Source of the DNA: an uncultured Cyclobacteriaceae bacterium
GTDB lineage: Bacteria; Bacteroidota; Bacteroidia; Cytophagales; Cyclobacteriaceae
DNA: 64,000 nucleotides
Reading direction: 5' to 3'
NCBI GenBank assembly: GCA_964235605.1
Contig: CAXSCR010000003.1
Coordinates: forward strand, 112,275-176,274
Of the stretch, positions 9,871 through 18,870 are shown in pieces. The notes below the pieces were generated by a model. That model worked only from the letters and a program-made list of their open reading frames with translations, had not been told where the DNA came from and searched no databases. Each line of letters begins with the position of its first letter. Position 1 is the first letter of the stretch. A program made the translations under genes and the position numbers.

Positions 9871-10414
9871 ATTTATTAAGCATGGCCTTATATTCCGGAG
9901 AATCTCTCCTTCTCAATGATTCAGTTTCAACCAAGTGTTGTATTTTAATTATTCCATCAATAATTTGTTCTGGGCGGGGTGGGCAGCCTGGTACATAAAC
10001 ATCTACAGGAATAATTCTATCGATACCCTGTAAAACACTATAGGTGTCAAATATTCCACCGCTTGAAGCACAGGCTCCAACCGAAAGTACCCACCGTGGT
10101 TCTGCCATCTGCTCATATACCTGGCGAAGTATAGGACCCATTTTCTTAGCGATGGTACCCATAACCATTAACAAATCTGCCTGACGTGGTGAAAAGCTTA
10201 AACGCTCAGAACCAAAACGGGCAAGATCATAATGTGCGCCCATTGTGGCCATGAACTCAATGCCGCAGCATGAAGTAGCAAATGGTAAGGGCCAAATCGA
10301 ATTTTTTCGGGCAAGTCCAACAGCTTTTTCAAGGCTCGTGGCAAAAAAGCCAGCGCCTTCTAGGCCATCTGGTCTCGCTGATACACTTACATTATTTAAT
10401 GATACTGGTTCCAT
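9857..10414 (-). CDS. nuoB: NADH-quinone oxidoreductase subunit B
   Basis: Contains the N2 cluster ligand motifs SCCGIEFMA and VPGCPPRPE. Confidence 0.95.
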   Translation of the reverse strand: MEPVSLNNVSVSARPDGLEGAGFFATSLEKAVGLARKNSIWPLPFATSCCGIEFMATMGAHYDLARFGSERLSFSPRQADLLMVMGTIAKKMGPILRQVYEQMAEPRWVLSVGACASSGGIFDTYSVLQGIDRIIPVDVYVPGCPPRPEQIIDGIIKIQHLVETESLRRRDSPEYKAMLNKYGIE

Positions 10415-10415
10415 A

Positions 10416-10796
10416 TTACTCCCACTTCAAAGCGCCTCTCTTTATTATATAGAAAAATCCAACTAACAAACATGCAATGAATACGATCATTTCAATAAAA
10501 ATTGCAATACCATTCTCCTTAAGAAGATCCCTAAAGAGCACCGCCCACGGATACATGAATATTACCTCCACATCAAACAATACAAATAAGATGGCTACCA
10601 GGAAGTACTTGATAGAGAATGGTATACGCGCATTACCCCGAGGTTCAATACCGCACTCGAAAGAATCAAGTTTGATTTTACCCTTTCTCTTGGGACCCAG
10701 CATATGGGTAGATACCATGGTTAACCCCACAAAACCAGCCGCCACAAAAAACATTAGCGCGATTGGTAAATACTCCACTAAATATTGCTCATCCAT
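10416..10796 (-). CDS. nuoA: NADH-quinone oxidoreductase subunit A
   Basis: 126 aa with three TM segments and the [12 protein letters not shown] motif. It is the first gene of the operon. Confidence 0.9.
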   Translation of the reverse strand: MDEQYLVEYLPIALMFFVAAGFVGLTMVSTHMLGPKRKGKIKLDSFECGIEPRGNARIPFSIKYFLVAILFVLFDVEVIFMYPWAVLFRDLLKENGIAIFIEMIVFIACLLVGFFYIIKRGALKWE

Positions 10797-11008
10797 AATG
10801 ACTAGGGTAAGGACAAAGCCTTTTCGGCCTCAAAGATCAAAATTTTTTGGTTTTTACCTTCCATTTCGAAGAATCTATTTTCACTATTTCATAACAGTGT
10901 AAGTTTTAAATGGTTCTTCGTATACTATAAATCGACCAGCTCCAAGAAAAATAAATCTCTTGTAGCCAATGCCCCGAGGGGTATTTTTGGAATAAAATCT
11001 GACGGTAT

Positions 11009-11042
11009 TAAAAAAAGATAGCCAGATCAACTGACCTGGCTA
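11009..11042 (-). terminator. Rho-independent terminator candidate upstream of the nuo operon
   Basis: Hairpin TAGCCAG-N10-CTGGCTA at 11019-11042. It is followed on the minus strand by a T-run (plus-strand A-run 11010-11016). It lies downstream of the minus-strand gene 11285-11884. Confidence 0.55.
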
Positions 11043-11142
11043 CTCTTAATTTTGTTTTAAATCCGCTTGAAGTCCTAAGGCCAAAATTCACACTTTGCAT
11101 AGTTCATAGATAATGCGCGAACCTACCGTATATTTTCCTGGT

Positions 11143-11182
11143 AAAATTGTAGGCGCGCATTTTAAGCGCGGCCTACAATTTT
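11143..11182. other. Long near-perfect palindrome (about 16 bp stem with one bulge)
   Basis: Sequence is AAAATTGTAGGCGCGC-ATTTTAA-GCGCGGCCTACAATTTT. It is locally GC-rich in an AT-rich intergenic region. It could be a terminator or a protein-binding site. Confidence 0.5.
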
Positions 11183-11284
11183 GTAGAATGTGATGCGCTT
11201 AACTTCCGCGCCTTTACCACCGCCCACTTAGTACAGGAAGGGGATACTCATATTTTATCTATTCGCAATCAATAACGCTTTAAA

Positions 11285-11884
11285 CTATTTATACTTATTC
11301 GAATTCCTTTCCAAGCCTACATGGATAGCATGAATCCAATAATTTCTTATTCCTTCGCCGCCTGGAGGGCCATCACCTTTTTCTAAACTTACTATTTCAT
11401 GCGTTTTTAAGTTAAAAAAAACGGAATAGAATTTACATATTTCGTCTTGCTTATCCATGCTCTCAACAACGATTATAAGTCCAAGATCAGCCCGCGTAGA
11501 GTTATAATTAACAACAATAGATTTTATTTTTTCTTTATCTATCGTGTAAGAATCATCCTCTATTATGCAGTTTTCACTTTTATATTGCTGATTTCGATCA
11601 AGCGATGTTTGTAGCTCTATTTCATATTTCGGAACATTGAAATACTTTATTATGCTGTATTTCTTAGGCTCCAACTTAAACATCTCATTCCATTCAGTAA
11701 AATATTTAAACGTCAATGATTTGCAAAGTGGGGTGCCATTTTTATTCAAAAATCCATTTTTATGGATTAGCCGGAATTCAGAGAAATCTAATCCAAAAAA
11801 CACAACATTTTTCGCGCCGCTTACCTGCGCTGATGCAGCACAAGTAATCATAGCAAATACGGTTATTAAAAGTATGAGTCTCAC
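11285..11884 (-). CDS. Hypothetical secreted protein (GTG start)
   Basis: 199-aa ORF with an N-terminal signal-like MRLILLITVFAMITCAASAQ. I recognise no family. Confidence 0.55.
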   Translation of the reverse strand: MRLILLITVFAMITCAASAQVSGAKNVVFFGLDFSEFRLIHKNGFLNKNGTPLCKSLTFKYFTEWNEMFKLEPKKYSIIKYFNVPKYEIELQTSLDRNQQYKSENCIIEDDSYTIDKEKIKSIVVNYNSTRADLGLIIVVESMDKQDEICKFYSVFFNLKTHEIVSLEKGDGPPGGEGIRNYWIHAIHVGLERNSNKYK

Positions 11885-11892
11885 CTTTCTAT

Positions 11893-12465
11893 TTATTTTA
11901 GGTTCTTTTTAATAAATTTTAAAAACATATTTGCACTGCTTGTCATTGCAATTCTTATTCGAATAGGAACTGTTGGAGTCATGTAACTTAATTGTGCTCC
12001 CCTTACTCTAGGCACGCCAATGATAGCAACCTCTTTTCCTGCTTTATCTAGTATATAAATTTTCGCCATAAATGATGAATATTTTATAGGCGAACCTGTA
12101 TCAACATGGGTAGGGCGAATAATCATTTTATATTCACTATCCGGATCATCAACATTAAAATTAAGCTCCGATTTTTTCATTTTTGATGCTAAAAATTCTT
12201 GATAATTGATCAAAAGGTTCTTTTTATCTTTTTCCCAACTGGCTTCAAATTCTTCTGGTTTATCCTTTTTGCTTTTGGCATACTTGATATACTCTTCTTC
12301 GCTTTCAAGTCCATCTACTGAAGTTTGAGACCAATCGAATTCCATCAAAAAGGATTTTTTACCTTTAAAAATAGAAGCATCACCTTTAATAAATTGAACA
12401 CCTTCACCAGCAAACACCACCGTTGAAAACATGAAACAAAGGATTAACAAAGCATTTTTTTTCAT
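11893..12465 (-). CDS. Hypothetical secreted protein
   Basis: 190-aa ORF with signal peptide MKKNALLILCFMFSTVVFAGEG. It sits in tandem with the downstream ORF (8-nt gap). Confidence 0.6.
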   Translation of the reverse strand: MKKNALLILCFMFSTVVFAGEGVQFIKGDASIFKGKKSFLMEFDWSQTSVDGLESEEEYIKYAKSKKDKPEEFEASWEKDKKNLLINYQEFLASKMKKSELNFNVDDPDSEYKMIIRPTHVDTGSPIKYSSFMAKIYILDKAGKEVAIIGVPRVRGAQLSYMTPTVPIRIRIAMTSSANMFLKFIKKNLK

Positions 12466-12954
12466 AGATTTTATTTTTTAATTGTTGTGAATATACTTTT
12501 ATAGTTTAAAATTTGAGTTTATAGAGATGGGTCTTATCCTGATATTTTGACATACCAGTCAGCAGGGTAATCTGTAAGGGTGCAATTAATGCGTTAGGGG
12601 GTTTCTGACTCATTAGCTCTTGATTATTACGTTTTCGTATAGCTTTTCGTTTCGCCTGGTTTGTTATGATTTCTGCTTCACTCTTGTCACAATATAATAA
12701 ATATATTTTGAGTTACATTAAGATGCTGTACTTAATACATTCAAGAAATCAAACTTAAATAAACCAAAACTCTTTATCCCCATAATATGCTACGTTTATA
12801 CTGGCAGAGGATGGCAATATCATTTATAATCTAACATGTCTAATTAATAACTCCTTTATGATATTTCCTGAGCAACTAATTTAATTTACTTCATGCTTGT
12901 ATTTATTGGTTAAGCAAAGCAATTTACCTTAGATCGGTAAATACCTAAAAAAGT

Positions 12955-13398
12955 ATGAGAGTAGAATTTGAAAAACTAGAACTAGTTCTTGAAAACAAGC
13001 AAGGCGTTTTCAGATATGACAGGAATACAAAAATTCTGTATGCTAGGTTTTGGGGAATCCCAAACAAAGATTTATTAAAAGAGCTTTTTCAGGCTATGAT
13101 GGATTATGCTACTCAAAACCAGATTATAGGAGCAGTGTGTGATTTAACAAAGGTTACGGGCACTTTCACAAGTTTAAATTCATGGTTAAATTCTCATTTC
13201 TATCCTCACATGCTTTCTTTAGGATATAAATATGTTACCATGACTTCATCAAGCAATCCATTCACAATGTTTGCCTTGACCGCTTTAATTAATTTAACTG
13301 GGCCTAAGGGAATTGAAAATAAAATGCTTAGCAATATGGATGACTGCGAAAATTGGATCTATGACAAAATGGGGATAAAATCGCTAACAGAAGCTTAG
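12955..13398 (+). CDS. Hypothetical protein
   Basis: 147-aa ORF with an ATG start, ending before a strong terminator hairpin. I recognise no family. Confidence 0.5.
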   Translation: MRVEFEKLELVLENKQGVFRYDRNTKILYARFWGIPNKDLLKELFQAMMDYATQNQIIGAVCDLTKVTGTFTSLNSWLNSHFYPHMLSLGYKYVTMTSSSNPFTMFALTALINLTGPKGIENKMLSNMDDCENWIYDKMGIKSLTEA

Positions 13399-13503
13399 CT
13401 TACCCAAATTCTCATACACTTCTTACTTAACATGAGCCCGTTCAAGATGCACATACTCAATTCAAGTAAAAAGCAATTCCAGCGCTCATAACATGCATTT
13501 GAA

Positions 13504-13543
13504 TTATTATGCCTTGCGTTACTTAGAACGCAAGGCATAATAA
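13504..13543. terminator. Bidirectional terminator hairpin between convergent genes
   Basis: Perfect 16-bp stem TTATTATGCCTTGCGT / ACGCAAGGCATAATAA with an 8-nt loop. The arms end in A/T runs. Confidence 0.75.
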
Positions 13544-13575
13544 ACATGCACCTGATAGATGTAGTCTGATACATG

Positions 13576-15228
13576 CTATTTCGCAAACTCTACTTTAATT
13601 AAGAGATCTTCTTTCTTCTTTTTATAGGCTTCAAATACAAAAGAGGTTGGTGAAGTCTCTTTAATTCTTCTTGGTGTAAATTGATATATCTCCATGCCTT
13701 CAACATTACGTGTATCGAGGATAGAAATTTTCTTTACATCACCGGTTTTATCATTGATAGTATATGCGGTAAGAAATCCACCTGCACCATCGCGATGAAC
13801 GGCTGGAACTTTCGTAACAGGAAGCGCAATGTTCTTTTCATTATCAAGGAATAGTAAGTAATGTTCTGTAGCTCCGGGGAAATAATAGAAAGACATTCCT
13901 CCAATGAAAGATCCTCCTCCACCGCCGCCAAACATCCCCCCTGATGCGGTCATGGGAGGAGATTGTTGACGCTTAGGAAGTTTTCTCATCCAAGCTAATT
14001 TTCCTGAGGCGTCAATCTTTGTAGCCAACATATCATTATAAAAATACGTGCTGGTAGTGGTAGTAGAATGCGTAGATGAGTTATAATGTGATCTTGTGAT
14101 TACATAATGCTGTTCGCCAATAAGTAAAGTACTTCCATCGTCATTAACAATGATTTTACTAAGCCTCAAGTTTTCAAACTCAGCACGGTCTTCAACGTCT
14201 TTATCATCATTTTTACGGACTGTTCGGGAACTAGCAAATTGATTTAGAACATCAACCGGAATTTCATATGTTTTAAAATCATAGAGTTTATTATCCTGAC
14301 TAAGTTTAAATAAGATCACACCATCGGCATTAGCAGCATTCTTTCCGATATTATAGAAACCGGCGCATGTCATATATCCTTTCGGACTTTCATTAAGTAC
14401 TATTGTTTTAACAAAATTACCGACAAGCTCTACAGGTGTTGAGACTATTTTACCAGAAGATGAAATTTTAAGGATCTCTAGGTGATAATTTGGTTCATCT
14501 GATCCTTTTTTCCTTTCTTTGGTGGTATCATCATTATAAACACTGGTAACGATGTATGCATTTCCTTTTGAATCTACCGAATAATCAAGATTATTCATCT
14601 TTTTCTCAGTGTAAGGCATTTTTACTTTCTTAGTCCATATTTCATTTAAGCTAGGTTCAAATATGTGCAACCCTATCATGTCGTAATTTTTACTATCATC
14701 CTTGAACTCAGGCTTAAATCTGTATTGAATAGCTAATGTAGATTCGTTACTTGAAACATAGAAATCATATTTGTCTGATACAGACATACTAAAAAATCCT
14801 GACCTCCCCAGCGTTCCTGTCAGCTTCTCCTTTACTGATATAATTTTTCTTCCTTGCCCTATAAAAGTGCCTGCTTCAAAATCAATCTCACGAGCAAAAA
14901 GCTGCTCGTTTTCCCCATCCCAATACGAGTAGAATACATAGTATTTTCCTTGTAAGTCTGTAATTAATTCGATAACGAAATTCTTTGGAAAATCGTCATA
15001 TAGCCTAACTTTAACAAAAGTAAGATTATCTGTATTGAGTTTTTGTAGATGAATTGTCTTACGATCTACTTTAATTGTAAGAAGCTCCTTACCTTTTGAA
15101 AAGTAATATTTACTTTCAGCATCAATAACACCATACGGCTTTCCGAGCGTTATTTTTGTCTTTGTCTGTGGGTAAGCAGCGAGGCCAAGGCATAGCAATG
15201 TGATTGTGAAGAGGGACTTTTTTACCAT
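13576..15228 (-). CDS. Hypothetical secreted protein with internal poly-Gly tract
   Basis: 550-aa ORF with signal peptide MVKKSLFTITLLCLGLAAYPQ and the tract GGMFGGGGGGSFIGGM. I recognise no family. Confidence 0.65.
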   Translation of the reverse strand: MVKKSLFTITLLCLGLAAYPQTKTKITLGKPYGVIDAESKYYFSKGKELLTIKVDRKTIHLQKLNTDNLTFVKVRLYDDFPKNFVIELITDLQGKYYVFYSYWDGENEQLFAREIDFEAGTFIGQGRKIISVKEKLTGTLGRSGFFSMSVSDKYDFYVSSNESTLAIQYRFKPEFKDDSKNYDMIGLHIFEPSLNEIWTKKVKMPYTEKKMNNLDYSVDSKGNAYIVTSVYNDDTTKERKKGSDEPNYHLEILKISSSGKIVSTPVELVGNFVKTIVLNESPKGYMTCAGFYNIGKNAANADGVILFKLSQDNKLYDFKTYEIPVDVLNQFASSRTVRKNDDKDVEDRAEFENLRLSKIIVNDDGSTLLIGEQHYVITRSHYNSSTHSTTTTSTYFYNDMLATKIDASGKLAWMRKLPKRQQSPPMTASGGMFGGGGGGSFIGGMSFYYFPGATEHYLLFLDNEKNIALPVTKVPAVHRDGAGGFLTAYTINDKTGDVKKISILDTRNVEGMEIYQFTPRRIKETSPTSFVFEAYKKKKEDLLIKVEFAK

Positions 15229-15388
15229 AAGAACAGTTTTATTAATTATTGTAAATTATGGTTATTACTGAAGAAATTTAATGGAAAAGGTTTAGATGTG
15301 ACGCTCATGTATGTTTTGGGCTTAATCATATTTAAGCGAACGTAAGACAAGCTCACTTTCACTTACAATATCTCTACAAATAGTCTAT

Positions 15389-16384
15389 ATGAAAAAGATC
15401 ATCTATATTACTTTCCCCTTCCTAGCCATACTCTCTATTTACTTTTTAGGACCCGCCCCTGTTAAACCTACGTTCGATATAGCTCAACCTATACTTCCTA
15501 AAGAAACAGTTGCCTTGGAGCAATACATTATCAAAAAAGAAAAACAACATAAACTAAAACCAGATAACGAAGCACGTATAATCTGGGCTGACAGCACAAA
15601 ATCAAAAACACCCTATAGCGTGGTTTATATTCACGGATTCTCTGCAAGTCAGGAAGAGGGCGATCCTGTACATATTGACTTTGCCAAAAAATTTGGATGC
15701 AATCTTTTCTTAACCCGAATGGCTGATCATGGAATAGATACCGTTGATCAACTTTTATATTTCTCAGCCGAACGATTCTGGCAAGACGCTAAAGAAGCTT
15801 TAGCTATTGGCAAGACGTTAGGTGATAAAGTAATTATAATGAGTACCTCTACGGGGGGTACTTTGGCTCTAATGCTTGCTGCCGAATACCCTGATGATGT
15901 TCACGCGCTAATTAACATGTCACCCAACATTGCTATAAATGATGCAAATGCTTGGCTTCTTAACAACCCCTGGGGTTTGCAGATGGCAAGATTGGTATTG
16001 GGAGGAAATGTTCGCTCCTTTCCTGTCGACACGCTGGTCGATAAATATTGGAATAATCCGTATCGGTTAGAGTCTGCCGTACAACTCGAAGAACTTCTTG
16101 AATCTAAAATGAATGAAGAAACTTTTCAGAAGGTAAAATGCCCGGTGCTAACAATGTATTATTATAAGAACGAAGAAGAACAAGATCGCACTGTAAAAGT
16201 AAGTGCTATACTTAATATGCATAAACAACTTGGCACCCCTGATTCATTAAAAGTAGCGGTACCCATTCCGAATGCGGGAGCCCACGTGTTAGGTTCTCAT
16301 GTCTTGTCCAAAGATATTGAGACCGTTGAGCATGAAGCAGAAAAGTTTGCTATAGAAAAGCTACGACTCGAACAGAAGCTATAA
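15389..16384 (+). CDS. Alpha/beta hydrolase
   Basis: Contains HGFSAS (oxyanion region) and the nucleophile elbow IIMSTSTGGT. It has an N-terminal anchor or signal. A paralogue lies at 63574-64000. Confidence 0.75.
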   Translation: MKKIIYITFPFLAILSIYFLGPAPVKPTFDIAQPILPKETVALEQYIIKKEKQHKLKPDNEARIIWADSTKSKTPYSVVYIHGFSASQEEGDPVHIDFAKKFGCNLFLTRMADHGIDTVDQLLYFSAERFWQDAKEALAIGKTLGDKVIIMSTSTGGTLALMLAAEYPDDVHALINMSPNIAINDANAWLLNNPWGLQMARLVLGGNVRSFPVDTLVDKYWNNPYRLESAVQLEELLESKMNEETFQKVKCPVLTMYYYKNEEEQDRTVKVSAILNMHKQLGTPDSLKVAVPIPNAGAHVLGSHVLSKDIETVEHEAEKFAIEKLRLEQKL

Positions 16385-16542
16385 TTGAAATCACTGATAT
16401 TTAGCTGTACGCATTTCTTTATTATTATAACCGCTGAATGCATCCTCCATACACCATATAATATGTATGATGGGAATTCATAGTGCAAAATACTTTGTAC
16501 AATTTATTCATTGAATTACCTTACTAGTCTTTAATTAATTTT

Positions 16543-18222
16543 ATGTCCATGCCCTATAAAAGATTTGTATTACCCCTCCTGTTTATTTTGTTTAGTATCC
16601 AGGCATACGCGCAAAAATTGCCCGCGGGACCTCAAGTTTTAACCTTCTTTTCTGATGTTGATGATACTGAGCAACCTTATGGACTCTATCTACCTAAGAA
16701 CTATGATGAAAATAAAAAGTATCCCCTCGTTGTCATGTTGCATGGTGCAGGATCAAATCATAGGTTATCCTTAAGAAGAGTTTTTGGGAAAAGTAATGCG
16801 CCTGGTGAAACCGATGTTGAAGCAACACGGTATTTCCCAGAGTGGAAAGATGTGGGCTACATTGTTGCATCACCTTTAGCCCGTGGCACTATGGGGTATC
16901 AAGGCATTGCTGAACAAGATGTTTACGATGTACTTACCGATGTAAAGAAGCGGTTTAATATAGATGAAGACAGAACTTACTTAACAGGGTTATCCATGGG
17001 CGGTGGTGGAACAATCTGGATAGGTTTAACACGTCCAGATATATGGGCAGCTTTATTTCCTGTTTGCCCCGCTCCCCCAAAAGAATCTGAATACCTCATG
17101 GGCAATGCGTTAAATATTCCGATGTACTTCCATCATGGTGATCAAGATAGCGCCGTACCAGTTGCCGTTTCGCGTGATTGGACGAAACGTTTGAAAGACC
17201 TTGGCGTGAAGGTTTCCTACATGGAGTATCCAGGCGTGAATCATAACAGCTGGGTGAACGCTTATAAAGATGAGGCTGTGTTTGAGTGGTTCAACAAATT
17301 TACACGTAATAAATTTCCTGATCGCGTAGTGTACAATACTAAGAATTATAAATATAGTAGCGCTTACTGGGTAAAGATTGACCAACTAACCCCTGGTACA
17401 CTGGCTACTATTGATGCAAAAGTTACAGCACCTAATACTATTGAAATTAAAACAACATCGTTAGGCGGGTTTACACTTCAACTTAAAGATCATCCTAAAA
17501 TAAAAACTGGTGAGCCAATTGAGCTTATCATTAATGGTGAAAAGAAAATTAAAGTACAAGATACTTCGGGCTCTTATTCGCTGATGTTACAAAATGGCAA
17601 ATGGGTAGATGGTAAAATACAAGTCGCTACCGCATCAAAGAAAGCTAGCGCCGAAGGCCCCATAAGTGAGGCATTTGCTAATCGACATATTTACGTTTAT
17701 GGAACAGGTGGCAACCCAAGCGATGAAGAGGTAAAAGCGCGAATCGCTATAGCAACGCATGCAGCCAACTTATCTGAATATAGAGGTGCTTTTTTGGGCA
17801 GGCTCATGATATTTCCACGCGTTCTTTCTGACAAAGACGTAAGACCAAGTGACATTGTAAGTTCAAACCTTATCTTATTTGGCACCAAAGAGACCAACAG
17901 TATTATTGAAAAATATAGTGATCGATTGCCCTTACAACTTAATCCTACGGCGAATGATTACGGCTTATTCTATGTTTTCCCTGTAGATAAACATTATGTA
18001 GCTATAGCATCAGGGCTCCCTTGGTGGAAGGGGACAGAAGCACTAGATTATAGGTTAATGCCCGCCTCGTTAACTTCTATTACCGAAGGAAGAGATTTTA
18101 TACTTTTTAAGAACTCAGTTAGTAATATAATAGCTGAAGGATACTTTGATTTAAACTGGAAACTACAACCCGCAGATACGAAGAAGATTACTGACTCAGG
18201 AGTTGTTAACATTCATAAATAG
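16543..18222 (+). CDS. Secreted alpha/beta hydrolase (prolyl oligopeptidase/esterase-like) with a C-terminal extension of unknown function
   Basis: Signal peptide present. Motifs are VVMLHGAGSNH, nucleophile GLSMGGGG and HHGDQDSAVPV. Confidence 0.75.
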   Translation: MSMPYKRFVLPLLFILFSIQAYAQKLPAGPQVLTFFSDVDDTEQPYGLYLPKNYDENKKYPLVVMLHGAGSNHRLSLRRVFGKSNAPGETDVEATRYFPEWKDVGYIVASPLARGTMGYQGIAEQDVYDVLTDVKKRFNIDEDRTYLTGLSMGGGGTIWIGLTRPDIWAALFPVCPAPPKESEYLMGNALNIPMYFHHGDQDSAVPVAVSRDWTKRLKDLGVKVSYMEYPGVNHNSWVNAYKDEAVFEWFNKFTRNKFPDRVVYNTKNYKYSSAYWVKIDQLTPGTLATIDAKVTAPNTIEIKTTSLGGFTLQLKDHPKIKTGEPIELIINGEKKIKVQDTSGSYSLMLQNGKWVDGKIQVATASKKASAEGPISEAFANRHIYVYGTGGNPSDEEVKARIAIATHAANLSEYRGAFLGRLMIFPRVLSDKDVRPSDIVSSNLILFGTKETNSIIEKYSDRLPLQLNPTANDYGLFYVFPVDKHYVAIASGLPWWKGTEALDYRLMPASLTSITEGRDFILFKNSVSNIIAEGYFDLNWKLQPADTKKITDSGVVNIHK

Positions 18223-18310
18223 TATACTATTTATAAGTTTCATAACACAGCACCAGACAATTCAAAATATTGAATATCCATCTAGGCAATTTCTTTACGT
18301 TAGAAACCGA

Positions 18311-18789
18311 ATGATCATCACCAACAGTTCTGACAATTCTATACAATTCATAAAAACGTTATTTGAAACGGCTTTTGCTTTACCTGAAAGAGAGAATGGA
18401 AACAGTTGATCAGTTTGTTACAAGAACCGGAAATGCAGCTCTTGCTAATACAAGAAGATGGCGCTTCCATAGGTTTTATTATTTTATGGGAATTAGATAG
18501 CTTGTTTTACATTCAGCATTTGGTTATAGAGCCGATGCTACAATGCGAAGGTTATGGCAGTAAACTGATCTCTCAACTAATAAAAAACAGACGCAGACTT
18601 ATCTTCGAAACCTCTTTTCCTAAGGATGACCTCACCATAAGACGTCTGCAATTTTATGAGTGGCTTAATATTTTTAACAAGGTTAGAATGGATAACTTTT
18701 TTATGGTTCATACAGAAAGGCATATGCATCAACTTAGAATATTTATAATGGGATATATGGTAATCAATTTGAACCCAGCATTTACATAA
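18311..18789 (+). pseudogene. GNAT family N-acetyltransferase, apparently frameshifted near 18385-18397
   Basis: Frame 1 reads MIITNSSDNSIQFIKTLFETAFALPERENGNS*. The offset frame continues (KRE)WKQLISLLQEPEMQLLLIQEDGASIGFII...LQCEGYGSKL, which has the QxxGxG motif. Together they read as one GNAT gene. Confidence 0.55.
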
Positions 18790-18825
18790 ATAGATAGTAT
18801 TAACTCCTTTTTATAAATATAAAAT

Positions 18826-18852
18826 ATCCAGGATACCATAAGCATCCTGGAT
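18826..18852. terminator. Bidirectional terminator hairpin
   Basis: Perfect 9-bp stem ATCCAGGAT-N9-ATCCTGGAT in an AT-rich context. It lies between the convergent GNAT remnant (+) and the GH18 gene (-). Confidence 0.65.
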
Positions 18853-18870
18853 TTAAATTATACAGCCAAC

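Noticed and set aside
10477-10902. 141-aa plus-strand ORF, together with many similar ORF-track entries antisense to nuo, GH18, kinase, ffh, mutB and CHAT genes (for example 6077-6331, 31981-32391, 53949-54218).
   Set aside because: These are shadow ORFs lying entirely or mostly inside strongly supported genes on the other strand. Their translations are low-complexity or odd in composition and have no independent signals.
13395-13586. 63-aa minus-strand ORF between convergent genes.
   Set aside because: It spans the 16-bp terminator palindrome (13504-13543) and overlaps the ends of both neighbours, so I treat it as spurious.
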